DNA of 64,000 nt, taken from NCBI GenBank assembly GCA_032718475.1, contig JAUCBJ010009044.1:23237-87236 (forward strand), read 5' to 3'. Origin of the DNA: Nemertoderma westbladi (lineage: Eukaryota; Animalia; Xenacoelomorpha). Below, one piece after another: positions 26,543-39,100 of the stretch. The notes below the pieces were generated by a model. That model made no database searches. It saw only the letters and a list, made by a program, of their open reading frames with translations, and was not told where the DNA came from. Position numbers and translations under genes: made by a program. Each line of letters starts with the position of its first letter. Position 1 is the stretch's first letter.

Positions 26543-29500
26543 CACTCACCTGTAACTCCAATCACTCACCTGTAATTCCAACCATCAAGGCGGCTGTCTT
26601 CTCGTCCCCCTATGGGTCTGCCCCCCTCCCATTTACCTGTAACTCCAACCAACTTGGCGGCTGTCTTCTCGTCCTATGGGTCTGCCCCCCTCCCATTTAC
26701 CTGTAACTCCAACCAACTAGGCGGTTGTAATCTCGTCCCCCTATGGGTCTGCCCCCCTCCCATTTACCTGTAACTCCAACCAACTTGGCGGCTGTCTTCT
26801 CGTCCCCTTATGGGTCTGCCCCCCTCCCATTTACCTGTAACTCCAACCAACTTGGCGGCTGTCTTCTCGTCCCCCTATGGGTCTGCCCCCCTCCCATTTA
26901 CCTGTAACTCCAACCAACTTGGCGGCTGTCTTCTCGTCCCCTTATGGGTCTGCCCCCCTCCCATTTACCTGTAACTCCAACCAACTTGGTGGCTGTCTTC
27001 TCGTCCCCCTATGGGTCTGCCCCCCTCCCATTTACCTGTAACTCCAACCAACTTGGCGGCTGTCTTCTCGTCCCCTTATGGGTCTGCCCCCCTCCCATTT
27101 ACCTGTAACTCCAACCAACTTGGCGGCTGTCTTCTCGTCCCCCTATGGGTCTGCCCCCCTCCCATTTACCTGTAACTCCAACCAACTAGGCGGTTGTAAT
27201 CTCGTCCCCCTATGGGTCTGCCCCCCTCCCATTTACCTGTAACTCCAACCAACTTGGCGGCTGTCTTCTCGTCCCCTTATGGGTCTGCCCCCCTCCCATT
27301 TACCTGTAACTCCAACCAACTTGGCGGCTGTCTTCTCGTCCCCATATGGGTCTGCCCCCCTCCCATTTACCTGTAACTCCAACCAACTAGGCGGTTGTAA
27401 TCTCGTCCCCCTATGGGTGTGCCCCCCTCCCATTTACCTGTAACTCCAACCAACTAGGCGGCTGTCTTCTCGTCCCCCTATGGGTCTGCCCCCCTCCCAT
27501 TTACCTGTAACTCCAACCAACTAGGCGGTTGTAATCTCGTCCCCCTATGGGTCTGCCCCCCTCCCATTTACCTGTAACTCCAACCAACTTGGCGGCTGTC
27601 TTCTCGTACCCTTATGGGTCTGCCCCCCTTCCATTTACCTGTAACTCCAACCAACTAGGCGGCTGTCTTCTCGTCCCCCAATGGGTCTGCCCCCCTCCCA
27701 TTTACCTGTAACTCCAACCAACTAGGCGGCTGTAATCTCGTCCCCCCATGGGTCTGCCCCCCTCCCATTTACCTGTAACTCCAACCAACTAGGCGGTTGT
27801 AATCTCGTCCCCCTATGGGTCTGCCCCCCTCCCATTTACCTGTAACTCCAACCAACTTGGCGGCTGTCTTCTCGTCCCCTTATGGGTCTGCCCCCCTCCC
27901 ATTTACCTGTAACTCCAACCAACTTGGCGGCTGTCTTCTCGTCCCCATATGGGTCTGCCCCCCTCCCATTTACCTGTAACTCCAACCAACTAGGCGGTTG
28001 TAATCTCGTCCCCCTATGGGTCTGCCCCCCTCCCATTTACCTGTAACTCCAACCAACTAGGCGGCTGTCTTCTCGTCCCCCTATGGGTCTGCCCCCCTCC
28101 CATTTACCTGTAACTCCAACCAACTAGGCGGTTGTAATCTCGTCCCCCTATGGGTCTGCCCCCCTCCCATTTACCTGTAACTCCAACCAACTTGGCGGCT
28201 GTCTTCTCGTACCCTTATGGGTCTGCCCCCCTTCCATTTACCTGTAACTCCAACCAACTAGGCGGCTGTCTTCTCGTCCCCCAATGGGTCTGCCCCCCTC
28301 CCATTTACCTGTAACTCCAACCAACTAGGCGGCTGTAATCTCGTCCCCCCATGGGTCTGCCCCCCTCCCCCACCCCACTCACCTGTAACTCCAACCAACT
28401 TGGCGGCTGTCTTCTCGTACCCTTATGGGTCTGCCCCCCTTCCATTTACCTGTAACTCCAACCAACTTGGCGGCTGTCTTCTCGTCCCCATATGGGTCTG
28501 CCCCCCTCCCATTTACCTGTAACTCCAACCAACTAGGCGGCTGTAATCTCGTCCCCCCATGGGTCTGCCCCCCTCCCATTTACCTGTAACTCCAACCAAC
28601 TAGGCGGTTGTAATCTCGTCCCCCTATTGGTCTGCCCCCCTCCCATTTACCTGTAACTCCAACCAACTTGGCGGCTGTCTTCTCGTCCCCTTATGGGTCT
28701 GCCCCCCTCCCATTTACCTGTAACTCCAACCAACTTGGCGGCTGTCTTCTCGTCCCCATATGGGTCTGCCCCCCTCCCATTTACCTGTAACTCCAACCAA
28801 CTAGGCGGTTGTAATCTCGTCCCCCTATGGGTCTGCCCCCCTCCCATTTACCTGTAACTCCAACCAACTAGGCGGCTGTCTTCTCGTCCCCCTATGGGTC
28901 TGACCCCTCCCATTTACCTGTAACTCCAACCAACTAGGCGGTTGTAATCTCGTCCCCCTATGGGTCTGCCCCCCTCCCATTTACCTGTAACTCCAACCAA
29001 CTTGGCGGCTGTCTTCTCGTCCCCTTATGGGTCTGCCCCCCTCCCATTTACCTGTAACTCCAACCAACTAGGCGGCTGTCTTCTCGTCCCCTTATGGGTC
29101 TGCCCCCCTCCCATTTACCTGTAACTCCAACCAACTAGGCGGCTGTCTTCTCGTCCCCCTATGGGTCTGCCCCCCTCCCATTTACCTGTAACTCCAACCA
29201 ACTAGGCGGCTGTCTTCTCGTCCCCCTATGGGTCTGCCCCCCTCCCATTTACCTGTAACTCCAACCAACTAGGCGGTTGTAATCTCGTCCCCCTATGGGT
29301 CTGCCCCCCTCCCATTTACCTGTAACTCCAACCAACTTGGCGGCTGTCTTCTCGTACCCTTATGGGTCTGCCCCCCTTCCATTTACCTGTAACTCCAACC
29401 AACTAGGCGGCTGTCTTCTCGTCCCCCAATGGGTCTGCCCCCCTCCCATTTACCTGTAACTCCAACCAACTAGGCGGCTGTAATCTCGTCCCCCCATGGG

Positions 29501-31343
29501 TCTGCCCCCCTCCCCAACCCCACTCACCTGTAACTCCAACCAACTTGGCGGCTGTCTTCTCGTACCCTTATGGGTCTGCCCCCCTTCCATTTACCTGTAA
29601 CTCCAACCAACTTGGCGGCTGTCTTCTCGTCCCCATATGGGTCTGCCCCCCTCCCATTTACCTGTAACTCCAACCAACTAGGCGGTTGTAATCTCGTCCC
29701 CCTATGGGTCTGCCCCCCTCCCATTTACCTGTAACTCCAACCAACTAGGCGGCTGTCTTCTCGTCCCCCTATGGGTCTGCCCCCCTCCCATTTACCTGTA
29801 ACTCCAACCAACGAGGCGGTTGTAATCTCGTCCCCCTATGGGTCTGCCCCCCTCCCATTTACCTGTAACTCCAACCAACTAGGCGGTTGTAATCTCGTCC
29901 CCCTATGGGTCTGCCCCCCTCCCATTTACCTGTAACTCCAACCAACTTGGCGGCTGTCTTCTCGTACCCTTATGGGTCTGCCCCCCTTCCATTTACCTGT
30001 AACTCCAACCAACTAGGCGGCTGTCTTCTAGTCCCCCAATGGGTCTGCCCCCCTCCCATTTACCTGTAACTCCAACCAACTAGGCGGTTGTAATCTCGTC
30101 CCCCTATGGGTCTGCCCCCCTCCCATTTACCTGTAACTCCAACCAACTAGGCGGCTGTCTTCTCGTCCCCCTATGGGTCTGCCCCCCTCCCCACTCACCT
30201 GTAACTCCAACCAACTAGGCGGTTGTAATCTCGTCCCCCTATGGGTCTGCCCCCCTCCCATTTACCTGTAACTCCAACCAACTTGGCGGCTGTCTTCTCG
30301 TACCCTTATGGGTCTGCCCCCCTTCCATTTACCTGTAACTCCAACCAACTAGGCGGCTGTCTTCTCGTCCCCCAATGGGTCTGCCCCCCTCCCATTTACC
30401 TGTAACTCCAACCAACTAGGCGGCTGTCTTCTCGTCCCCTTATGGGTCTGCCCCCCTCCCATTTACCTGTAACTCCAACCAACTTGGCGGCTGTCTTCTC
30501 GTCCCCTTATGGGTCTGCCCCCCTCCCATTTACCTGTAACTCCAACCAACTTGGCGGCTGTCTTCTCGTCCCCCTATGGGTCTGCCCCCCCTCCCATTTA
30601 CCTGTAACTCCAACCAACTAGGCGGTTGTAATCTCGTCCCCCTATGGGTCTGCCCCCCTCCCATTTACCTGTAACTCCAACCAACTAGGCGGCTGTCTTC
30701 TCGTCCCCCTATGGGTCTGCCCCCCTCCCATTTACCTGTAACTCCAACCAACTAGGCGGTTGTAATCTCGTCCCCCTATGGGTCTGCCCCCCTCCCATTT
30801 ACCTGTAACTCCAACCAACTTGGCGGCTGTCTTCTCGTCCCCTTATGGGTCTGCCCCCCTCCCATTTACCTGTAACTCCAACCAACTTGGCGGCTGTCTT
30901 CTCGTCCCCTTATGGGTCTGCCCCCCTCCCATTTACCTGTAACTCCAACCAACTTGGCGGCTGTCTTCTCGTCCCCTTATGGGTCTGCCCCCCTCCCCCT
31001 CCCCACTCACCTGTAACTCCTACAAACTAGGCGGTTGTCTTCTCGTCCCCCAATGGGTCTGCCCCCCTCCCATTTACCTGTAACTCCAACCAACTAGGCG
31101 GCTGTCTTCTCGTCCCCCTATGGGTCTGCCCCCCTCCCATTTACCTGTAACTCCAACCAACTAGGCGGTTGTAATCTCGTCCCCCTATGGGTCTGCCCCC
31201 CTCCCATTTACCTGTAACTCCAACCAACTAGGCGGCTGTCTTCTCGTCCCCCTATGGGTCTGCCCCCCTCCCATTTACCTGTAACTCCAACCAACTAGGC
31301 GGCTGTAATCTCGTCCCCCTATGAGTCTGCTCCCCTCCCATTT
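26543..31343 (-). repeat. 67-bp satellite, ~70 copies, derived from the 3' end and splice donor of the MYO7A MyTH4-1 exon
   Basis: Minus-strand unit GGG ACG AGA TTA/AGA CAR CCG CCW AGT TGG TTG GAG TTA CAG|GTAAAT or GTGAGT = GTR[L/R]QPPSWLELQ plus donor. Confidence 0.92.
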
Positions 31344-32529
31344 TGTAAAGGCTTTTGCGGAATTAGCTGGTTATTTTCCCCGCAAAGTACTCTGTAGTTG
31401 TTTTAACGGACATAAAAAGCCGTTTCCTTACTGTACCGGTGTTTTAGTGGACATAAAAGCCATTTCTTCTGTATGTGTACTTTAGCGGACATAACTAGCG
31501 ATTTTATGTCGCAATAAGCCAAATACTCTAAACATCGGAACTCCGATGACGACATCTATCAGCTGTGTCCACGTGTAACTTTTCTTTGTTCTTTGTTCGT
31601 TCTTTGTTCGGTCGACCAATCAGAGCGGTTTTGACTCTGTGTTGGAGATTGTATACAGAAACTCATGCAATTCAGTCAGTGTGTGTATCTTTCTAAGCCC
31701 CGAACACCGGCTTAGGATTCTTCTGTACTTCTGTGGAAGTTTCAGACTTTAGCCAAACATTAGTAGGCTTTGGTCATAGAAACGTATAACTGTTATCGCA
31801 CCACATATCCTAATTCTATCAATGCAAATCATATTGTCAACTACAAACACCGCATTTTTACTGCTATTTACTGTCGGTTATTAATTATATCAGTTGATGG
31901 AATATTGTTATATTTGGATAATATCGATAAATAATCATAAAACCCCCAATCTTCTTGATATACTGAAGGTAAGAGACCGGTTACATATAACAATTGCGAC
32001 TTACATTAAAGTGGTTTTGGAGTGAATCTAATGCTATTTCATAGGCACTACATGAGTCGGTTGCTGTTCTCTTTATATGTGACTAAAATTAGTGAAGGTC
32101 GGCAGATCGGTGTGCAGCATTGTGCGGTAGTGTGCATGATTGTGACTGATAACAAAGCATCTCCTAAAGAATGCGCTTTATATGTGAATCAATAGCCATC
32201 CCGTTGCGTCTAGTGTAAGTCATAACTCTGTTTACATATTTAGAGCGCCACGTCCTAAAGGAACTGTTAATATTTCCCGAAAGTGAATAATATTGGTCAG
32301 AGATTATATATTAACAATCAGTCGAATAATACAGTAGGCCTACACCGCAATAAGGTCAAAGCTTCCGAATCCAGTCTCCCGGGTATATCCAGCGGGTGAA
32401 TGGTCGCGCATAGACTGGCTTCGGCTAATGTAGTGTATCAAATACTCGTCATAGGCTAAAGTCGATTTATAATCTAGAAGACATCTAAATTTGGCAGGTT
32501 AAACTACTAAAGGTCTGAAAGCGCGAACA
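31344..32529 (+). repeat. 5' LTR (matched portion; true right end uncertain)
   Basis: Matches 50168-51029 from TGT to GCGCGAACA with about ten substitutions by eye and one ~320-bp indel (32111-32432). Confidence 0.85.
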
Positions 32530-32815
32530 ATAACAGTTATAGAGTTCTGATTGCAGTGTAGGCAATAAATACAGTCTAAAGTACCGGTCGACCGGTAACT
32601 AGTAGGCCTGACTGCCTAACTACCCGAACCGGTACTTACAGCAGTACAGGTACAGCAGTATTATTCGATTTTGATAATTATATACCGGTAGGTCTTAATA
32701 AGTAATCGGGGACGCCTGGTTTTTATTGGGATTTTACTTAGGCCTATTTCTGTCAGTTTTATTTATTTGAAAGTTAATATTGAACAGAAGACGTGTAAGC
32801 CTGCTCAGATTGTAC

Positions 32816-33397
32816 AGATAATTTGTAGGCTGGACTGTTGTCTGACTGTTGTTAAGTCTGAAGAGATTGCGGTGTGTGTAGAGTGTATATCCGATAAAGT
32901 ACTAGTTAGGAACGTAGGGGCTTCCAGTGCTGTGAGGTAAATCCCCCTGAAAGAATAAGTCGTACTACTCGGTTAGAATGCATACTAACTAACCATTTCG
33001 GAGTCTGCATATACTGTAGTTTGTTTAGGCTTGATAGTAGTCTGCCAGCGTTTGGTCTGTATTTTTGTTTGTGTAGTCTGTACGGGTAGCGTAATATTTC
33101 TTATTTAGATAATTTGTAGGCTGGATTGTTGCCTGGCTGTTGTTAGGTCTGAAGAGATTGCGGTGTGTGTAGAGTGTATGTCCGATAAAGTACTAGTTAG
33201 GAACGTAGGGGCTTCCAGTGCTGTGAGGTAAATCCCCCTGATAGAATAAGTCGTACTACTCGGTTAGAACGCATACTAACTAACCATTTCGGAGTCTGCA
33301 TATACTGTAGTTTGTTTGGGCTTGATAGTAGTCTGCCAGTGTTTGGTCTGTATTTTATTTGAGTAGTCTGTACGCGTAGCGTAATATTTATTATTCA
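32816..33397. repeat. ~291-bp tandem duplication in the retrotransposon 5' region
   Basis: AGATAATTTGTAGGCTGGA...GTAGCGTAATATTT occurs at 32816 and 33107. Confidence 0.9.
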
Positions 33398-34249
33398 GAG
33401 TTTATGCGATTATTCGCAACATTCACAACCCCAAGTTTATTCCTACAGTAATTGTGCTTGTTATACATACCGTTATAGTTAAATTAACCCCGGTACTACA
33501 TCAGGGCTGCTTGGCGTAGGTAAAGACTGGTGATTTTGTGCCCCGGTCACTCCAGCAGATACCATGGTTCTTTTGGCTGTACAAGTATTTCTAACTGCTG
33601 ATTATTTGTTGTATAAGTACTTGTACCTAATTTAGGGTTTAGTGTACAGTGCTTTCCGAAGGTAATTAGTGTGTAGGCAGTATATTTGTGTTGTAAAGTG
33701 GTTAATAGGCACGTTGGCTCTGGTAGGCCGCGGTAATTAACTTCTAGGTAGGAACACTCCGTGATACATAACGTAGTACTTATAGCGATACGGCTATAAG
33801 TCGTCAGACGGTGGTATTTTTCCTATCTGGACAACGCAGTATATTTACTACTGCTTTGTTATTTTCAAATACCGTAGAATCCTGTCTGTTTGTAATAACC
33901 AGATATTCTAACCCTTTGTTAGGCTGGTTTGTAGACTTCTTGTAAAATTACCCTAAAAATTCGTACGTGTAAATTTCTGTGTTTATTTAGAGATTGTAAT
34001 CTCACCCCGAATTGTACGTAATTTGTAGTATTAAGTAACTTAGGTAAATTAGAATTATTTGTTTTTAGTGTCCAACAAGTAGCACTTCACTGAGAGCGCA
34101 CAGCTTCTGTGTAGTGACTCCTTCCCAGAAATAATAACATTTATTTCAAATATTGACAAAACCCATTATACGGGTATATATATATATTATAAATCAACTC
34201 AAACCGATTTATAAATTAGTAGGCCTGTCATACAACAATTAGGTCTTAA

Positions 34250-35613
34250 CCCTATTACCACTGGGGCGGGGGGCCGAATCGGCCCCTTCCTAGTTTTTAG
34301 TTGCTGTAACTATGCAACCACATTACGTACCGGCCCAATTTTTTGTGAGAATTAGCCAAATTTAATGCCGCATCTTTTGCAAATAACGCCGTTGCAATTG
34401 GATTTCTACTTTTCGATGTGGGTGCCACCTCAAAATTTGGTCTCCAGCACCAAATTTTTTGAAATTTTCGAATTTTACAAAGTCATTCGTGATTTAGTAA
34501 TTATTTATGTTTGGGCTATTTTTATTTATTTTTATTGGTTTGGATCACTCTAATGCTCTATACAAGTATGTAAGTGTAGTGGTACGTCATTTTTGGAGCA
34601 CCAAATTTAGGGCGTGGCACTTTAAAATTTCAAAATTACTTTATTCGGAAAATTTACTAAAGTTCTGATTTCTAAGCATTTTTATTGGTTATCTGGAGCG
34701 CTGAATCGATTAAAAGTAGTATAGAAGCCTGAAGACTTAGTGGTTCGCCATTTTTGGTGCACCAAAATTAGGGCGTGGCACTTCAAATTTTGAAAAATAC
34801 GAGATTCGGAAAATACACTAAAGTTTTGATTTGCAAAGCATTTTTATAGGTTTTCTGGAGCCTTGAATCGATTCAAAGCAATATAGAAGCCTGAAGACTT
34901 AGTGGTTCGCCATTTTTGGTGCACCAAAATTAAGGGCGTGGCACTTCAAATTTTGAAAAATACGAGATTCGGAAAATTCACTAAAGTTTTGATTTCAAAT
35001 TAATTTTATAGGTTTTCTGGAGCGCTGAATCGATTGAAAGTAATATAGAAGCCTCAAATTTTTCAAAATTTTAAGTGCCACGCCCTAATTTTGGTGCACC
35101 AAAAATGGCGAACCACTCAGTCTTCAGGCTTCTAAATTACTTTCAATCGATTCAGCGGCCCAGAAAACCCATAAAGATGCGTTGAAATAAAAAAATTAGG
35201 GGCATTTTCTGAATATCTAATTTTTCAAAATTTGAAGTGCCACGCCCACTTCTTATAGGTGCACGAAAAATAGCATCCACTTCAATTTTTGGAAGTGGAA
35301 TATAATCACATTCGATTCAGCGTCTTGAAAAACCTACTAAATCTAGCCAACACTGCCACACTATTAGTTTTTAGAAAACGAAAAATTTTGTAATTTTGTC
35401 CTGGGACTACTTTTATTTTTCATCAAAATTATGAGTCCCTGCTTATGAAATTTTAACTTTTTAAGGTTTGGTAGTGTTCATCTATAGTTGTTTCACCAAC
35501 AGCCCAAATTTTGTAGCATTTCATTGGACGACTACAAAAATATAGTGGGTGGGCCGAATCGGCCCCCCCCCCCCAGTGGTGCTAATGGTCAAAACACCCC
35601 AGTGGTAATAGGG
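34250..35613. mobile_element. piggyBac-like non-autonomous element (1364 bp) nested in the retrotransposon leader
   Basis: TTAA|CCCTATTACCACTGGGG ... CCCCAGTGGTAATAGGG|TTAA; internal ~165-bp direct and inverted subrepeats (TTTTGGTGCACCAAAATTAGGGCGTGGCAC). Confidence 0.88.
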
Positions 35614-36105
35614 TTAATATCAGTTGGACTACTGCTTAAATAACGGTAATAAAGTAAAGTAAAGTAACCAAGTAACCCCTAAAATTCAGAAATTCAATTA
35701 TTCTAAAATAATTGATATACCGGTATTTACAATAGGCTTATTATATTTATATTTATATATTTGCGCTGAAATTATATACCGGTATTCTGTAATTAATTCT
35801 AGTCTATAATTATACTTATATATACTATAAGTGTAAGCTGTATACCGGTATTCACGATAGGCCTATTATATATTTATATATATTTGCGCTGAAATTATAT
35901 ACCGGTATTCTGTGACAAACCTAGTCTGTAATAATACTTATATATATACTATAAGCATACCGGTATTCTAATATATTATATATATATATCACGTTACACT
36001 GAGTAACAGTATCGGTAATTAATTACTAGGCTAACAGTTGATACTGAATTACTAGACTTGCTTTAACTGTAATATAGCAGTAGGCATTCAACTGTACAAA
36101 CAAAC

Positions 36106-39100
36106 ATGTCTGACACAAAGCAAAACCTGTCAGACAGTCTCCTAGATACAACCATCTGTGACCCAGACAGGAGTGTGGAATGTGTGAGACCGAAGTTCAA
36201 TTCACCTCCTACTGTAAGAAAGATCATCCCTCCAGTAGTAGTATCAGACCCTAGGCTAGTCCAACACCGTAGGTCTATCATAGGCACTCGAGCTCAGGTC
36301 AAGTGGGACCAAGAAGCAGCAGAACAGCAGCAACACTCGAGCCGAGAACTTATTTCTCAGCGGCCCGACAGCTCCAGTAGTGCGGATACTGTAGAGCTGA
36401 CACCCGAGCGCGGAGCAAAGATGACGGAGGCGGTTTATTCGGATCCCCTTCTCATCCTTCCTGCGGCCGTACTCACTAGGTTATTGATTGCGGTGGAAGA
36501 ACACCAGATCGATTGGGCGAGAAGTAAGCGATCGACCAAGGATAGTTATGCGGGATACACAAGGGAAGAACTGAAGTCTATTGTCGAGTCGCAATGGAAC
36601 TTCCCCGGAGCCGGAATCCCGTTTGACTTATCGGAGGCTGCCTGGGAAGACATACACAGAATGGGAGTGACAAAGGAAACCAGCAATCCAGCTGTGTGGA
36701 AGAGGTCAGCAGCAGGATACGTACATGGATTCTTCAGCTCTATGGAGCGATTAGAGGAACAACTGTTTCGACAACCCCAAGGACCTCAAGAGCAGGGAGA
36801 GCTGCTTTATCAAGTTAGAGAAAGAATTCTAAGAATCAGACTAATCTTATCGGCCTTTGAGGAGGCTTCGAAAAGAAGACAAGACACGTCGTTGCAAGTT
36901 GCCGTAAAGACTTGGTTTCAGCGGGTGAGTCTCAAAGTTCAAGGAACTGCCCCGTGGAAATCTCAGTTGGCTGAGCGCTCAACCCATGGAGAATCAACAG
37001 ACGCTACCTTTTCCCAAGTGGAAAGTGAAGTGACAGCAGAAAAACCGCATAAGAGGGATGCTATTGACATCTATCTGTCAGACTATCAACGATTTGTAGG
37101 TGACGAAGAGTTGAGGAGACGGCTGTCTGGACTTCGCCCTAATAGTGAAGGAGCCAAGCTTGTGTTGGACGCAATCGATGTGGAAATGTTAGCTGCGAAC
37201 CAAGGTAAATTTGATGAAAGACTCCGCATCGCTAGGGTCCAAGAAGAACAAGTCAAGAAAAAACGTATAGAAGACAGAAAGACAACAGCAGCGGCAGCGG
37301 CAGTGGCAGTGGCCGAAGCGGAAAGAAAAGCGGCAGTGGCAGCGGCCGAAGCGGAAAGAAAAGCGGCAGTGGCAGCGGCAGAGGCAGTGGCAGAAGCAGA
37401 ACGAAGAGCATCTGAAGAGACCACCCAACTAGAGTTGGAAAATATTCAAGAGAATCAAGACTGCATAAATAAACAGTTAACAGCTAGTCAAATGCAGATG
37501 ATGAGTCGATCTACTCCCAAAAGACAGGGATATACATCATCTGAGGAAGGCGATACCACCGATCCTGAAGGCGGAGGAAATAGATCTCGTCTAAGCAGAC
37601 GTAGAAGAATGTCCCACCGTCAGAAATTGCCTGATTTGCCCCCAGCTGTTAGAAGGCAACTAACTAACACAGACTTAGGTAGTACAGAACCCACAGACCA
37701 AATAATTAAAATAGAAAGACTCCCTACTATAGTAGATGAGCCTGAAATAATTAGGCCTGTTCTTGAAACCACCCCTTCGGTGATAGAGACACCTGTGCTC
37801 CCAGAACCTACCTCTAAATTCCCTTTGCACAGCACTAAACTACCTGTGCCCCACAAAACAACCCCTGAGACAGTTCCTGTCCTGGACTCCGAGCGAAATA
37901 TCAATGATTTGTCGCCCGTTGTCCCTCGTCTACCCGCTACTACGTTGGCGGCTCCCGCTTCGGCGGTCGAGTGGGTGGATGAGGGGCGGCGGGGGATGAA
38001 TCTCCTGCTCGGGCAGATGCAGGAGACTGTTCATCAGTTTAAAGGAACAGTAAGGGAAAGTAGGTTAGAGTTGCAAAAAGTGCAGCAGAGTATCGCATTA
38101 GAACGCGATAAATTGGTAAATAGACAAAGGGGTATACCACCACCCCCTGTAACAATGTGTCAACCTGTTAGGTCTGAAGTATTTCATGCGCAAGGTGTGG
38201 AGCCTACACGCATCTATACTGCTAGTGAAGGGGAAACTCCTATAGTAAACCCTATTAAGGGTAATTATAAACCTGTTGACAATGATATTCCCTATAGACC
38301 TGATCATAATCCGAGAAATTTATATACCGATAACTCGATATTAAATAATACGATGGCCCAAGAAAGTTTTACGCATCAAATGGCTAGAACCGAAGCCCGT
38401 CAAGCGGTAAAGGTGGGAGAGATAGTCAAGTACAATGGAAATGAGATGAAATGGTTACCTTTTAATGAATATTACAAAGATAACATACAGAACTCTGTGC
38501 TATCTAACGGAGAGAAACTTATATTCCTCATCGAGTGCTTGGAAGGATCTCCCAAGTTAATGGCGTTAAAGTTTATTGGACATCCAGATGGATTAAGACA
38601 AGTTTGGGATACCCTAAACATCAGGTATGGTAATAGGAATAACATAGCTAAGTATTTGTATGCAAAATTGGTAGCGCCCCGAAAGTTCATTAGCAGCGGG
38701 ATTATAGAGTTTTCCGATGAGATTCAAGAGATCTGTAGACAATTAGATTGGCTAGGTAAGTCTCATTAATATCAGAGTTCTATGGTTATTGGAGCCGTGG
38801 CCTCTACTTTACCTAAGGGTGGAGTAGGCACCATCTGGGATAAGAAAGTGTTATATATAATGGAACAACAACGACGAGACCCTACCATGGTCGATCTCAT
38901 GTCATTCTTAGATGGAGAAGTGAAATTACAGCTCCTAAAGCAGTCCAGAGAGAAGACACCGGAAAACAAGGTAAGTGAGAAACCCGTTTCTAGGAGAAAG
39001 GTAACACCAGTGTGTTATACCGACGACGGCGAAAGCCAGGCTTCTCAAGAAGAAGACAGCGGAAAAGACACTGAAAGATCTTATTATGTCAACAAAACGC

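Noticed and set aside
32857-32900. CTGAAGAG hammerhead-like core in the 291-bp duplication
   Set aside because: No stem II followed by GAAA
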